Part shown: in pieces, positions 35,623 to 49,767 of the stretch
How the letters are laid out: every line of letters begins with the position of its first letter
Numbering within the stretch: the stretch's first letter is position 1
NCBI RefSeq assembly: GCF_001194135.2
Contig: NC_068992.1
Location: 54,636,295-54,700,294 of the forward strand
Reading direction: 5' to 3'
Length of the DNA stretch: 64,000 nt
From: Octopus bimaculoides
Taxonomy: Eukaryota
Notes under the pieces: model-generated
Seen by the model: only the letters and a program-made list of their open reading frames with translations
Database searches by the model: none
What the model was told of the DNA's origin: nothing
Program-made: the position numbers and the translations under genes

Positions 35623-36371
35623 ATTACTAAACAGTATTCCCGGTTATCTGGAAATACCAGATTTCTAGAAACCGGATAAGAGCTCCGGAACTGCAAACAT
35701 TTTTTTTAGCTACATCTCTTTACGTTCTGGTTTCAACTCTCGACCGAACCAACTTTGCCTTTCTTCCTTCCGGGGTCAATAAAATAAATTATCAATCAAC
35801 AAACAACATCATCCTCTCCAAAAATGCATGGCCTTAAGCCAATGTTAGAAATCATTAATATTTGATTTTGCGTTTGTTAATCCTTTTTTTTTTTTTGTAT
35901 GTAGGCTTTTATGTTTGGGAATTGATTTTGTACGTTTCAAATCAGGCCTTCCGTTTCTCCCTTTCGACCATAGCTTTTTTTCCAGCCATTGTTGGTTTAT
36001 GTTGGCTCACTTCCTATATTTCTAGTTTGCCCGTAAACTGACTACGGCGAGATTTCAAAGCTTTTCTCTTCTGTTTTTTAGGTCTGCCTTGATATTCTTT
36101 CTTTTTACATTTCTGTTTCTATTGTCTTTATTTCTTATAGTATTTTTTTTTTTTTACCTCAGTGTACTTAGCTTCTAGTTTGTTACCTGATATATTTTGC
36201 CGTTTCTTTTATGTTAGCTTATTAAAATTAATCAGTCTATTTTTGTTTGCGCTTATGAACTGCTCAGAAGTAGACCCACTGGGGGTTACTTTGTTAATTT
36301 CATGTTTGTATAATGTATGTATATGCCCCCACCCTTGTATATATATGTATGTGTGTGTATTCAGTTATAAT

Positions 36372-36987
36372 TATGTCTACTATAGGCACAAGTGGAGGCG
36401 CAATGGCCCAGTGGTTAGGGCAGCGGACTCGCGGTCATAGGATCGTCGTTTCGATTCCCAGACCAGGCGTTGTGAGTGTTTATTGAGCGAAAACACGTAA
36501 AGCTCCACGAGGCTCCGACAGGGGATGGTGGCGAACCCTGCTGTACTCTTCCACCACAACTTTCTCTCACTCTTACTTCCTGTTTCTGTTGTACCTGTAA
36601 TTCAAAGGGGCAGCCTTGTCACACTGTGTCACGCTGAATATCCCCGAGAACTACGTTAAGGGTACACGTGTCTGTGGAGTGCTCAGCCACTTGCACGTTA
36701 ATTTCACGAGCAGGCTGTTCCGTTGATCGGATCAACTGGAACCCTCGACGTCGTAAGCGACGGAGTGCCTACAACAACAACTATAGGCACAAGGCCTGAA
36801 ATTTTGGAGGAGGTGTTGAGTCGATTACATCGACTCCAGTACTCAACTGGTACTTTTTTTATCGACCCCCAAAGGATAAAAGGCAACGTCAACCTCAGTA
36901 GTATTTGAACTCAGAACGTAAAGACGGACGAAATACCGCTAAGCATTTTGCACGGCGTGCTAACGATTCTGCCAGCGTCGCCTTATG
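36372..36987 (-). mobile_element. Family A SINE (target duplication ttcagttataat) carrying a nested family G SINE
   Basis: 12-bp duplication at 36360-36371 and 36988-36999. Confidence 0.8.
36393..36779 (+). mobile_element. Full-length tRNA-headed SINE family G with a (CAA)n tail
   Basis: A box tggcccagtggtt, B box gtttcgattcc; 14-bp duplication actataggcacaag (36379-36392, 36780-36793). Other copies at 21273-21500, 39078-39421 (-), 40056-40430 (-), 49920-50290 (-). Confidence 0.9.
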
Positions 36988-37089
36988 TTCAGTTATAATA
37001 AAACAATTTTACTTTAATTTGATGGGTTACTCTATACTTTGGTAGACTAGAAATTTAATATTCCTAAACAAGAAAATTATTAATAGTGA

Positions 37090-37127
37090 CTTCGAAGTTT
37101 CGGCAAGTAGTGCCATCATCAGACTGC
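37090..37127 (-). ncRNA. Degenerate minimal hammerhead-like motif
   Basis: CTGATGA-t-ggca[ctact]tgcc-GAAA-ct-TC; stem I not intact. Confidence 0.35.
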
Positions 37128-37879
37128 GATACAATGAAGTTAATACTACGTACTTATATTTATTAGTGAACCCCTAAAAAATTCCATTTCGAAAACTTCG
37201 GTACCCAATTATTGAGTTTTTAAGTACTGGACTTTGTACCTTTAAAACTTACATTTTCAAAGAAAAGGATTAAATCCAATGAAGCCAAAAGTAACTAAAC
37301 TACTAAAACATCCTGTACCTACCAAACAAAGAGACACACCCAAACGTATATACTTGCTTACAAAGCTCTACATATATGAATAAATTCAAAACAATAACAA
37401 ATGGGCAGTCCACTTCCCCCATCAGACAAATTAAATTTGAAGTGCCTTGACTATAACTAAACATGTTCACTCAACCGTGTAGGCCTTCTTTTCAAGCGCA
37501 AAATTAATACTGTCATGATTTTGGACTTTGAATTACCTATGTTCAGTCCACTGCAGGATGAAGGCCTCAGTATCTTCTCTCCACCAACCACGGTCTGATA
37601 TGAAGCCCTCAAATTTGAGCTTGAGACCATACTGGTTTGAGGAGCCACGCTAGATCGACACGGCTTGACAGAAGGTTGCAGTTTTTTTGTTTTTTTATAT
37701 ATTCTTACCCCGGAGTAGTTAAGTCGATTACATCGACCCCAGTGCTCAACTGGTATTTATTATATATACCCCGAAAGGATGAAAGGCAAAGTCGACAACT
37801 GCGGAATTTGAACACAGAACGTAACGATTCTGTCAGCTTGCCGCCGAACATACATATATATCTGTGTCTGTCTCTGTGC

Positions 37880-37916
<37 letters not shown>

Positions 37917-38044
37917 GGCGGTGCTCCAGCATGGCCGCAGTCAAATGACTGAAACAAATAAAAAAATGAGTGTGTATATGCGTGCGCGCGCGCACACCTA
38001 CACAACTCGCACTTACATACCCCTCCCCTACCATATTTATATTC

Positions 38045-38280
38045 AACAAATGATCAATTAAATTCATTTCGCATCTGATCAATTAACTTGGAAAGCAGCA
38101 CCATGTGGTGATGTTTAGATCAAATCAAATCGTTTTCCTATCACGTACATAGCTGATATTTTGAAGAAAAGTGTCCATATGTTATTGTTGAATAAAATAA
38201 TTTTGTAAAACGTTAGATGAGTACACACACACACACATGCATATAAACATGCATACATACATGCATGCATACTACATACG

Positions 38281-38331
<51 letters not shown>

Positions 38332-38660
38332 GTAGGTAGATAGATAGATAGGTAGATAGATAGATAGGTAGATAGATAGATAGGTAGATAGATAGATAGA
38401 TAGATAGATAGGTAGATAGATAGGTAGATAGATAGATAGGTCCATACGTACATGTAGGTATGCATGCATTCCTGCGCCTTATCTTATATTTTAAAAACGT
38501 CCTTTAATTTAGCAGCAGCATATCGATACTTTTATTCAAAATATCACCGTTGTACATGACTGGCAAATGATTCGATTTGATAGATGATAAACCGCTACAC
38601 AGCACTACTTTCCAAATTAATTGATCGGATGCGAAAATTAAGTCAATTGATCAATTGTTT
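38045..38660. mobile_element. Old MITE with ~130-bp inverted arms enclosing a (GATA/GGTA)n array
   Basis: ttcgcatctgatcaattaacttggaaagcag (left) aligns with the reverse complement of ctactttccaaattaattgatcggatgcgaa (right); identity continues at roughly 70% by eye. Confidence 0.55.
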
Positions 38661-40055
38661 AATATATATATATGAATTTCAAGGATATTATTTTACTTCA
38701 TTCTCAGTTAATTTTTTTTTTAACTCAGAGGCTATTCTAGAATAAAATATTTTAGTTTGAAATATCGAAGTCTGGCATGCGGTCTCCCAACCGCCTCAAT
38801 TCAGCTTCAATACTGATCGATTTCCAGACTGCGGATTGCTGTATTGCTACATGTTTCAAGGTTTTATATTTAAACACCAGCCTACTGTGTTTATGTAAAG
38901 TACAGAACACTTAAGAATTTTTTTTTTCTCTAATGGTGAATTGTGCAGATTTCTTTTTATATTTGATGGCATATCTTCGACATACCTCGGCGCTGCTAAT
39001 GATGATGGTATAAAACTTATATAGTATAATTTATATAATTTATAATATAATGTAATATAATACAATATAATATAATACATATGTTGTTGTTGGCACTCCG
39101 TCGCTTACGACGTCGATTGGTTCCAGTTGATCCGATCTACGGAACAGCCTGCTCGTGAAATTAACGTGCAAGTGGCTGAGCACTCCACAGACACGTGTAC
39201 CCTTAACGTAGTTCTCGGGAATATACAGTGTGACAAGGCTGACCCTTTGAATTACAGGCACAACAGAAACAGGAAGAAAGAAAGAGAGAAAGTTGTGGTG
39301 AAAGAGTACAGCAGAGTTCGCCATCATCTCAATAAACACTAACAACGCCCGGTCTGGGAATTGAAACCGCGATCCTATGACCGCGAGTCCGCTGCCCTAA
39401 CCACTGGGCCATTGCGCCTCCATCAGTCTACATGTAAGTATATGTGAAGGTACGTAGCTAAGTGGTTAGAGTGTTAGGTTCAGAATCGTCAGGTTCTGGG
39501 TTCAATTCGCAGACCTGTTGCACGTTGTGCCTAAAATATGAATAAATGTGGTCAAAGTGTAACAACAGGATAAATAGTTATTGTAAACTAATGAAGATGA
39601 GAAGTTATTTTCGATCAATTAGATTTTTATTGTTAAAAGTTGTATCGGACGCGACGGTCCAATAGGGAAGCAACAGGTAGAGCGATGGGAAGCTGTTTAA
39701 ATGCAGTGATCTGTTTGAGGATAGACTCCATCCACCGCTATCTGCCTCTCTCTATATATATAACTGCCTCCTCTGTCCATCTCTCTATCTACCTTTCCCT
39801 TCAGCTAACATTTTAACCACGTAATCAATATTCCTTTAGCACATCTTTAGCACGTCTCTCTTCTTTTTCTCTTGTCGTCTTTTTCTCCTGTTCTTCGCCT
39901 CTACCTTCAGCTGACCACGTAACAATTTGGCCTAAGTGTATCAATATCAATTACCTTACTCAACTTCTTCCTCTCATCTTTCTTCACTCCCCCTCTCTCA
40001 CACACTCCACTTGGGCGAACGAACAAGCAGATTATTATATAGATGATACATATAT

Positions 40056-40430
40056 GTTGTTGTTGGCACTCCGTCGCGGGTTCCAGTTGATCCGATCTAC
40101 GGAACAGCCTGCTCGTGAAATTAACGTGCAAGTGGCTGAGCACTCCACAGACACGTGTACCCTTAACGTAGTTCTCGGGGATATTCAGCGTGACACAGTG
40201 TGACAAGGCTAACCCTTTGAAATACAGGTACAACAGAAACAGGAAGAAAGAGTGAGAGAAAGCTGTGGTGAAAAAGTACAGCAGGGTTCGCCACCATCTC
40301 CTGCCGGAGCCTCGTGGAGGTTTAGGTGTTTTCGCTCAATAAACACTCACAACGCCCGGTCTGGGAATCGAAACTGCGATCCTATGACCACGAGTCCGCT
40401 GCCCTAACCACTGGGCCATTGTGCCTCCAC
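40056..40430 (-). mobile_element. Family G SINE
   Basis: 11-bp duplication gatacatatat (40045-40055, 40431-40441). Confidence 0.85.
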
Positions 40431-40431
40431 G

Positions 40432-40489
<58 letters not shown>

Positions 40490-42763
40490 CATATATAATA
40501 TAGATATAATGCAAAAAACAACCTGTGACTCGGTACTAGTCTGTGGCCCAGTACTGATTCACGGCCTGATGATTGGGGACCCCTTTGGACTGATAGCCAT
40601 CAACAACCATAATCATCTATTCTCTTGCTGATGCCATCAAGTACTTTTGTGATCTTCAATGGTTAACTTTTTGCTGACGTCAGTCAGTTCTTCTTCCCCA
40701 AAAAGATATTTTCAGTTTCTTCTTGATGTCAGCACTCAATTTGAAAGATCCAGCCGTTGTTTACCAACTGTTTCCTAAATGTAAATAACGAATCCCGAGT
40801 TCAAATTTTGGATAGCCACCTGTTACAGTTAATTCTCCGTTCACCACTTGCAGAGAATTGGCTATGTAACAACGAAGAAATCAGAATACAACTGGAGCGT
40901 AATGTGCTAAGTGATTCCACAGGGAAATATGGCAGATAAACAGCGAATGATATGAGAATAGTAAAACGGTTTTTAATGCGCACACGAAAAGACGTACATC
41001 AAAAAGCGGATGAGGTGCAAAACCAGAAATATGCATCTTTGGTACCAGGTGAAAGAGCTGCTGTATACGTGAATGTGCAATTGGTGTGTGTGCGTGTTTC
41101 TATGTGAAATAGTCGTAGCCGGTTTACGTATGTGTGTGGGTGCATATTCAAGTGATTCTCAATATTTTGCAGTGTACATTCAAGCGAGTCGCAATGTGGC
41201 CAGCTATGTCAACCAAAGTTCACTGAACGGAGCTGAGGAGAAAAACTGCCATTTGAAATTCATGGTATTACTGGAAATATTTCTGTATGTGCCAGTAGTT
41301 TAGTAGATACTTTGAAAGAAGTGCAGATTATGTCAAGTGCAGTGATTATAAGTAATTGTGGATGAAACAAGAACAAACTGCAAACAGACAACATGTTGAA
41401 TGTGTTGAGCTGAGTAAACTCTTTCTGCGTATATCGTAACAAGACCTAGTTTGTGTAGATGAAAGGTGATGAACGACTGACAGAAAACAGCACAGAAAGC
41501 AGAGTTTGTGTTCCTGATTGAAATGCGAGGAGAATATGGCAGGCAGTGTTGACAAAATTTGTCGTGTTAGGTTGTACAGAGAGTTCGACAGCAGATGAAA
41601 ACTGAGATAGTATAATATGAATTGCTGCTAGATACAATATCCGTCAGAAACGATGTCGGAAATTATGGCTTAAGGTTGGTAGAGATATGGAAACAACCAT
41701 AGAAGGCACAAACGTTAGGATGCATGTGAAGTGTTGAATGTATGCAAGCTTGAAGGTTTCAACGCTGTTTAAATTTAAAATAAAAATTCAGAAAAGGTCA
41801 AATGCTCAAAGAAAAAACGAAAAACAAGAACAAATTATGTCATGTGAGTGCATTATAAGTGGTATGTAAACAAAAGGACACCATCAAAACAGTATAGGTA
41901 TATGAATAGAATACCAACTGCATGAGGATCTGCAGTTTATGAAAGAAGTACAGAAGGAGAAATTCAGAAAGTTAAATATTGTTATCTTGCGAGATTTAAG
42001 AATGTGTCACTACAAGGCTGACATTGACTAGTTTGCAGGGCGAAAACTATTGCCAACAAAGTGAAATAAAAAGCCAGCTGGCGTGAGCTTTACAAATGTG
42101 GAGTATGTAAGTAAATACACAAAATAAAATACACATAAAAGGCAGAAAGAATACGCTAATATTCATGTTGGTGTGTGTGCTGAATAAAATAGTTGTGTTC
42201 CTGTAAAAACATATGTGAATGCGCGCGCAAACTAAACAAAAATGAAAATTATAACGAAAAAAAAAACGTACGCAATGTAAACGAATGAAAGAAAAAGGAA
42301 AATGAACTGTCCATTTGGACATTTGGACATAGTATGTTGCTGGCGAATTGGAAAATTTTATGGGGATGCAAAAAGTTTATGTAGAGTCCATAGAGTCCAT
42401 ATATAAAGGTTCTTGCATAGAAACGATGAGTAAAAGACCGATTCTGTATCTCTGGACGAGAGATGCAGATAGCGCGTTTGTGTTCAAGGTGTTTTTCATG
42501 TCGGACTTACATATTTTTGGTTTTTCATGTCGGACTTACATATTTTGTGACGTAATTCTGGAGTTGCGAGGCTGCGTTGTGGTTTGTAGTTGGCTATATA
42601 TTTGTTCTCCGTTGAATAACCAGTGTAAGACGGAAACAGGGCAGCGTAGTTCTTTTCTTGTGAGGTCTCTAATTTAACTTATGAATACTACGCTCGCATT
42701 TATTTATATTTAAATGAGAAGAATGGCGATAGCAGTTTTGTATCTAATGGCGGTAGGTAGTTT

Positions 42764-42809
<46 letters not shown>

Positions 42810-43129
42810 ATAGTGAATGAATGCAAGTGTCATCTGCAATAGTGTAGTTTGTAAGTTAGTAAAACGGACAAGTTTGGTTGTCAATTAAAATATCTTTTGA
42901 GCCCTCCGTTACATTTGACCTTATGGATTACACGACACTGAAAGGTGTGCACAGACATATAGGCAGGGTAGTTGATAGAGGTTCGGTTTTCATGGGTTCC
43001 GCAAATGAGATTTGAACCCAGCACAAAAAAAAAAAAAAAAAAAGGGCATGGTCTGTCACGAACTGTGCACGCAAAAAGGTCACTGAGATTCACCTTCTGG
43101 ATCGCAACGTTTTTTTAAAAATCTCTCTC

Positions 43130-43890
43130 GGGACTTGCACACACACATACTCGTATATACACACACCTTCACACATACTCATACACATACACAGCCACAC
43201 CCACATAAATGTCCCCCCCCCACACACACACACACTCATACGCAAATATACATACATACACTAACACATTCATACTCATGAAAACGCACACCCACAAACA
43301 CATACATGCAAATAACCTTACCAACGCACTCGCACACTTGTCATCTCGCTCCCCACACCCAACCACATACCACACACACACCCGCGTGCTTACACACTCG
43401 CACACATGTACACACATCCACGCACACACGCGCGCTATCGCACACATACATACACCCACATGCCTTCACATCCATACGTACACAGACACGCACACACATT
43501 CATACGCACATATATATATATATATATATACGCCCACACACGTACACGCGCACACGCTCAAACTCACACGCATGGCTACACAAACACACACACGCCCCAC
43601 CTCGCCACCTCTCTCTCACGCACACACACGCATGGACGCACATACATATACTTCCACACACTCCCATGTACATATATACACGCATATATATATAGAGAGA
43701 GAGACACCCACCCACACATGCACCCATAAGCACACGCACACACACACACACACATTCCCACTCCGTCATACGCACACATGCAAACACACTTACACACACA
43801 CCAACACACTTTTCATCACCTTCAGCTGTCGCCACTGACCTGTTCGGACGCAAACACTAACACACACGCACATACAAACACACATATACG
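43130..43890. repeat. Degenerate (CA)-rich microsatellite
   Basis: Direct reading; source of the His/Thr-rich pseudo-ORFs. Confidence 0.9.
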
Positions 43891-44167
43891 GACCATCTTT
43901 ACACTCTCCTGTCCCAAAAAACCACCTTGTCTATATCTTTCAACTTCCGGTCACTTACTCTTTTACTTGTTTCAGTCTTTTGACTGTGGTCATGCTGGAG
44001 CAAACCTTTAGTCGAGCAAATCGACCCCAGGACTTATTCTTTGTAAGCCTAGTACGTATTCTATCGGTCGCTTTTGCCAAACCACTAAGTTACGGGGATG
44101 TAAACACACCAGCATCGGTTGTCAAGCGATGTTAGGGGGGTCAAACACAGACACACAAACACATACA

Positions 44168-44207
<40 letters not shown>

Positions 44208-45834
44208 GACGACGGGCTTCTTTCAGTTTCCGTCTACCAAATCCACTCACAAGGCTATAGTAGAAGACACTTGCCCAAGGTGCCACGCAGTAGGACTAAA
44301 CCCAGAACCATGTGGTTTGTAAGCAAACTACAAGAGGGGAGTTATGGAACCATTGTAGATTTCCGATATAGTGGATATATAGTTGTTAAAGAGGACAACA
44401 AACGTTGAGGCAAGACAAATATCTCAAGTCATATATGTTATTATTAATGGAAAAATCCAAAGTTTTACAGCTGTTTCTGTGATATCCCCAAGTATGGGAT
44501 ATTCCGTCATCACAGACAAATAGGGAAAATGTGAAGAGTATAGATTAATGACATGGTGACATAGAGGACAGGAGAAAAGAAATAAAGAAATGAAGGAAAA
44601 GAAGAAAGAAAAAGAAAAGAAAAAAATGCTCTTTTTCTTCATTGTACTCTTTCACCCCAACTTCCTCTCACTCTTTCTTCCTGTTTTTTGAGTAACACTG
44701 CAANNNNNNNNNNNNNNNNNNNNNNNNNNNNNNNNNNNNNNNNNNNNNNNNNNNNNNNNNNNNNNNNNNNNNNNNNNNNNNNNNNNNNNNNNNNNNNNNN
44801 NNNNNNNNNNNNNNNNNNNNNNNNNNNNNNNNNNNNNNNNNNNNNNNNNNNNNNNNNNNNNNNNNNNNNNNNNNNNNNNNNNNNNNNNNNNNNNNNNNNN
44901 NNNNNNNNNNNNNNNNNNNNNNNNNNNNNNNNNNNNNNNNNNNNNNNNNNNNNNNNNNNNNNNNNNNNNNNNNNNNNNNNNNNNNNNNNNNNNNNNNNNN
45001 NNNNNNNNNNNNNNNNNNNNNNNNNNNNNNNNNNNNNNNNNNNNNNNNNNNNNNNNNNNNNNNNNNNNNNNNNNNNNNNNNNNNNNNNNNNNNNNNNNNN
45101 NNNNNNNNNNNNNNNNNNNNNNNNNNNNNNNNNNNNNNNNNNNNNNNNNNNNNNNNNNNNNNNNNNNNNNNNNNNNNNNNNNNNNNNNNNNNNNNNNNNN
45201 NNNNNNNNNNNNNNNNNNNNNNNNNNNNNNNNNNNNNNNNNATATATATGTATATACATATATATATACATTATTTCTAAATCTCTGAAAGAGAGATATT
45301 CAGTAACAGTGCTTTGAAGTAAAGACTATTTGCCAACATAATGTGGCTGTCCTGGGAGGGACAATTGTTACTATTTTTTAGCCTCATACATATATACACA
45401 CATATATACATACATACACACACACATACATACATGTATATACATACACACACATACACATGCGTGCACACATACACACACATATACATACACATACATA
45501 TATATTTACAGATATATATGCATAACCATCTAATTGAGACACACTTGATCTTCTCTCCCAGTTATTTCCCCACCTCATCTATCATTTCTGTAGAAGAATA
45601 TATCCTTGAAATGTCAGAGACTTCTTTCAGTTTTTCTGAGTGTCAACCAAACAAACCTTGCTTGTTTCGTTTACCTTGACTCTGTATTGTTTTTTTAATT
45701 TCTGTACACATACATACATACATATGTACATACGTAAATACTTACATACATACGTAGACATACACACACATATATAAAGAGAAACATTATTATTACTAAA
45801 TCTCTCAAAGAGAGATATTCAATAACAGCTCCTT

Positions 45835-46420
45835 AAAGTAAAGACTGTTTGCCAACTTAATGTGGCTGTACTGGATAGGACAAATGTTACTGTTGTTTAG
45901 CTCCAGGAAATATCGTTTCCAGCTTGTTATATGACACAATATCTGTGTCCTTATATTTTCAAATAGGAAGTTCAACACCCCCATACAAAGCAACATTGGT
46001 GGACTGATTTCTGGGTTATTGCTCTTCTTTATCAGTACAGAGTAGCTGCTTGGTTAGGTGGCACTTCTGAATTCATTTAGAAAATATAGTCTTCAAAGTG
46101 ATTCACAGTCACTGATCTAATAAATAGAAACATTATTATTTCTAAATCTCGCAAAGAAAACAATTTATTTTCGAACAGGAATTCAGCAACACCACCTGGC
46201 CAAGCAGCTACTCTGTGTTGATAACGGGCAATAAGCCAGAAACTGGTCCACGGATGTTGCTTTGTGCTGGATAGGGGTGCTGGACTTCCTATTCAAAAAT
46301 ATATGGACACAGATATTGTGCCGTATAGCCAGCTGGAAATGATGCTTCCTGAGACTAAACAACAGTAACAATCATCCTTTCCAGGACAGCTACATTATGC
46401 TGGCAAATAGTTTTTACTTT
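45835..46420. repeat. Long inverted duplication (arms 45835-46074 and 46179-46420) with a third, direct partial copy at 45269-45385
   Basis: aaagtaaagactgtttgccaac..., gacacaatatctgtgtcc and agagtagctgcttgg all have reverse-complement partners. Confidence 0.7.
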
Positions 46421-46989
46421 ATATATATATGCATATATATGTGGTCGTGTGTATACATATATATGTATATATACGACAGTAGCAGATGGAAAGTTGTGAC
46501 ATTGATTGTCTATGGGAATCAAACACCATGTCTGCTATAAACTGTGTAAATGCACTACTACAACAAAATGATCACCCAAATCTGATAAGGTACGATGACA
46601 TATATCAGTGATCTGTGAAGAGAAATCAAAAGCCACACACTGCATTAAGGTATGGTATGATATATATATCTAATATAGACCAAGACAACAAAAAGTAACA
46701 ACATTGGTGTACCTTTTGTGGTCAGTTCTCATAGGGAAGATAATCCCTTCTAGATTAAGCAAATTTGAAGCAGGTCATATATATATATATATATATATAT
46801 ATCAATATCGTATATATAGCCTGAGGATTGCATGAAGGCACCAGCCATATTAAAAAGTGGTATCTGATGTTTTCATTGCATGAAACTAATAGTAGCTTAT
46901 GAAAATATTAATTGTGTTTATCAAATAATAATTATTTCTCACCAGATGGAATACTTGTTTTGTTAATCTTAGCATCACAGAACAGTACA

Positions 46990-47153
46990 CTATACAGGTG
47001 TGAGTGGCTGGCGTTAGGAAGGGCATCCAGCTGTAGAAACTCTGCCAAATTAGATTGGAGCCTGGTGTTGCCATCCGGTTTCACCAGTCCTCAGTCAAAT
47101 CGTCCAACCCATGCTAGCATGGAAAGCGGACGTTAAACGATGATGATGATGAT
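46990..47153 (+). mobile_element. Family F SINE with a (GAT)n tail
   Basis: Close match to 59757-59932. Confidence 0.75.
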
Positions 47154-47572
47154 ATATATATATATATACATACATACATATATACATACATACATACATA
47201 TGTATGTGTGTGTGTGTGCATGTACATGTATGTGTAACAACCATGTGTTGTTACATTTGTTTTTTAGAAGTATATTTAAAGATTAAAGATTGAAAAAATT
47301 TTTAAACATGCTTGTGTGTTGTTTCCACATTTCGTTTTTACCTAGACACACACATATATATATATATTAATAATGGACTGAGTAGGCAAAAACTCAAGAA
47401 AGCTTTGGGTTAAATCTAATAAAAAAAAATTTTTAATTACCTCTTTTATTAATCAGGTGATGCCTTACAATTGTATGAATGTTTCTATACATTCTTGTAT
47501 TTCTTCAAAAGCCAGACTGAATATTTGATGAAACCCTCCTCCTCTTCCTCTCTCTGTATTGTACAATACACA

Positions 47573-47608
<36 letters not shown>

Positions 47609-47644
47609 AACTACCAGATGTAAACCACGCGTTATATTATCCAT

Positions 47645-47680
<36 letters not shown>

Positions 47681-48106
47681 NNNNNNNNNNNNNNNNNNNN
47701 NNNNNNNNNNNNNNNNNNNNNNNNNNNNNNNNNNNNNNNNNNNNNNNNNNNNNNNNNNNNNNNNNNNNNNNNNNNNNNNNNNNNNNNNNNNNNNNNNNNN
47801 NNNNNNNNNNNNNNNNNNNNNNNNNNNNNNNNNNNNNNNNNNNNNNNNNNNNNNNNNNNNNNNNNNNNNNNNNNNNNNNNNNNNNNNNNNNNNNNNNNNN
47901 NNNNNNNNNNNNNNNNNNNNNNNNNNNNNNNNNNNNNNNNNNNNNNNNNNNNNNNNNNNNNNNNNNNNNNNNNNNNNNNNNNNNNNNNNNNNNNNNNNNN
48001 NNNNNNNNNNNNNNNNNNNNNNNNNNNNNNNNNNNNNNNNNNNNNNNNNNNNNNNNNNNNNNNNNNNNNNNNNNNNNNNNNNNNNNNNNNNNNNNNNNNN
48101 NNNNNN

Positions 48107-48149
<43 letters not shown>

Positions 48150-48894
48150 TATGCAATATATATATATATATATATACATACATTTATGTATTATAATACA
48201 TGAAGATGAAATGAACTGGTTTTAATTCAAACCACTACAATTGTTTTTGTGCATTGCTATCAGCTGGTAATTGTTTAGTGTTTAACCTATTATACACATT
48301 ATTGCATTAATATGACTCAACAATAGCTGTATACCAGCACATCTTCAGGTAAGGAAGTTTCAGATCACATGGTACCTGATACTTGTGATGGAGCTTTGTG
48401 AAGCATACTATAGGATGATATTAAATACATATGTATATCATAAGGGATTAGCAATCCAAGCGAAGAAAGCTACTTAAGCTCTCTGCTAATACAAATACAT
48501 CAAGCTAGCAAAATGTTTTCTGACTGATGTAGAACTCTAGGTAATCCTAAGGTTAGATATGAAGTTGAAGTATGTCACCAGTCAACCATGGTTGCATAAC
48601 CAAGTTAATATTGTATGTTTTTGAAAAGCGGTGATCAGGTAGAAACATTAACATGCCAGGCGAAATACTTAGCAGTATTTCATGTCCTTATGCTCTGAGT
48701 TCAAATTCTGCCAAGGTCAACACACACACATTCGACGGGCTTCTTTCAGTTTCAGTCTACAAAATCGACTCACACGGCTTTGGTCGGCTCGAGGCTATAG
48801 TAGAAGACACATGCCCAAGGTGCCATGCAATGGGACTGAACCTGGAACCATGTAGCTGGGAAGCAAGCTTCTTACCAGACAGTCACACTGCGCC

Positions 48895-49075
48895 TATTGT
48901 CTTTGTAGACAATATTTTCTGTTTGGTCGACACTAATTTTCAAATTACTGGAGTCCATTGCTCTACTCATAGCGACGTATAACTGGCCGTGTGCAAACAT
49001 CGGAGTGGGTAAAAATACACCTACACGATCTAAAGTCTGGCCCTGTGCTTTGCTTGCTGTGAATGCATGAGCGGA
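48895..49075 (-). mobile_element. Helitron RepHel helicase C-terminal fragment
   Basis: AFTASKAQGQTLDRVGVFLPTPMFAHGQLYVAMSR corresponds to PIF1-type helicase motifs V-VI as found in Helitrons. Confidence 0.8.
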
Positions 49076-49558
49076 ATCTTTAGGGTTGCAAAAAATCAAA
49101 CTAAAACTTACCTCTTACTGTTCTATACGAATAATGCCTGGATGCTCTGATGCCATGGGTTATTTTGATTGACAAAACTGAGATGTAAACAACAGCCGCT
49201 TCGATTAGCCGTTTCGAATCCTGCTCGGGACCGACACACTTCAATAACCACTAAATATATCCCGACACACACTTTTCCTATTTTATTTTTGCTATTAACC
49301 GTCCTCACGACTCCCTTCGTATCTACGATTGGGCCATGAACTATATGATGAAAATCCAGTTATTTGTGGTCAGTGATTTTTTTAAATAAAAATGCGAAGG
49401 TGGTTTATCAATTCAAAAATCGATATCCATGAAATAATAATATTTGCTGATTTTTTACAAAGACGATCGTCTTTGTAATCCTGAAAAATATTGTAACCAT
49501 TGGTCAAGCCGTGAAGAGGGAACAGAGAAAGAGACGGACAGACAAACATAACGCCCTG

Positions 49559-49767
49559 TTAGCAAATTGGTCGTCTTTACTCCTTACAGCCATTTCACTT
49601 AATACTCGATAATTTAATTGTAAACTTGCACATTAAATTTGCATTTAATTTCTCAGATGAAATTATACTCATGTTACGTAACGGCAAATTTAATGTACAA
49701 ATTCGTAATTAAACTATTGAGTATTAATTGAAATTGCTGTAAGGAGTAAAGATGACCAATTTGTTAA
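49559..49767. mobile_element. MITE with ~85-bp terminal inverted repeats
   Basis: ttagcaaattggtcgtctttactccttacagccatttc versus reverse complement ttaacaaattggtcatctttactccttacagcaatttc. Confidence 0.8.

Noticed and set aside
40560-42900. Non-SINE region suspected to be a decayed transposon or exons
   Set aside because: No diagnostic motif in any frame; only a 27-bp tandem duplication near 42490-42548.
47469-47516. 48-nt minus-strand segment LAFEEIQECIETFIQ with AG and GTAAGG borders
   Set aside because: Orphan: no compatible neighbouring exons or known motif were found; would need RNA-seq.
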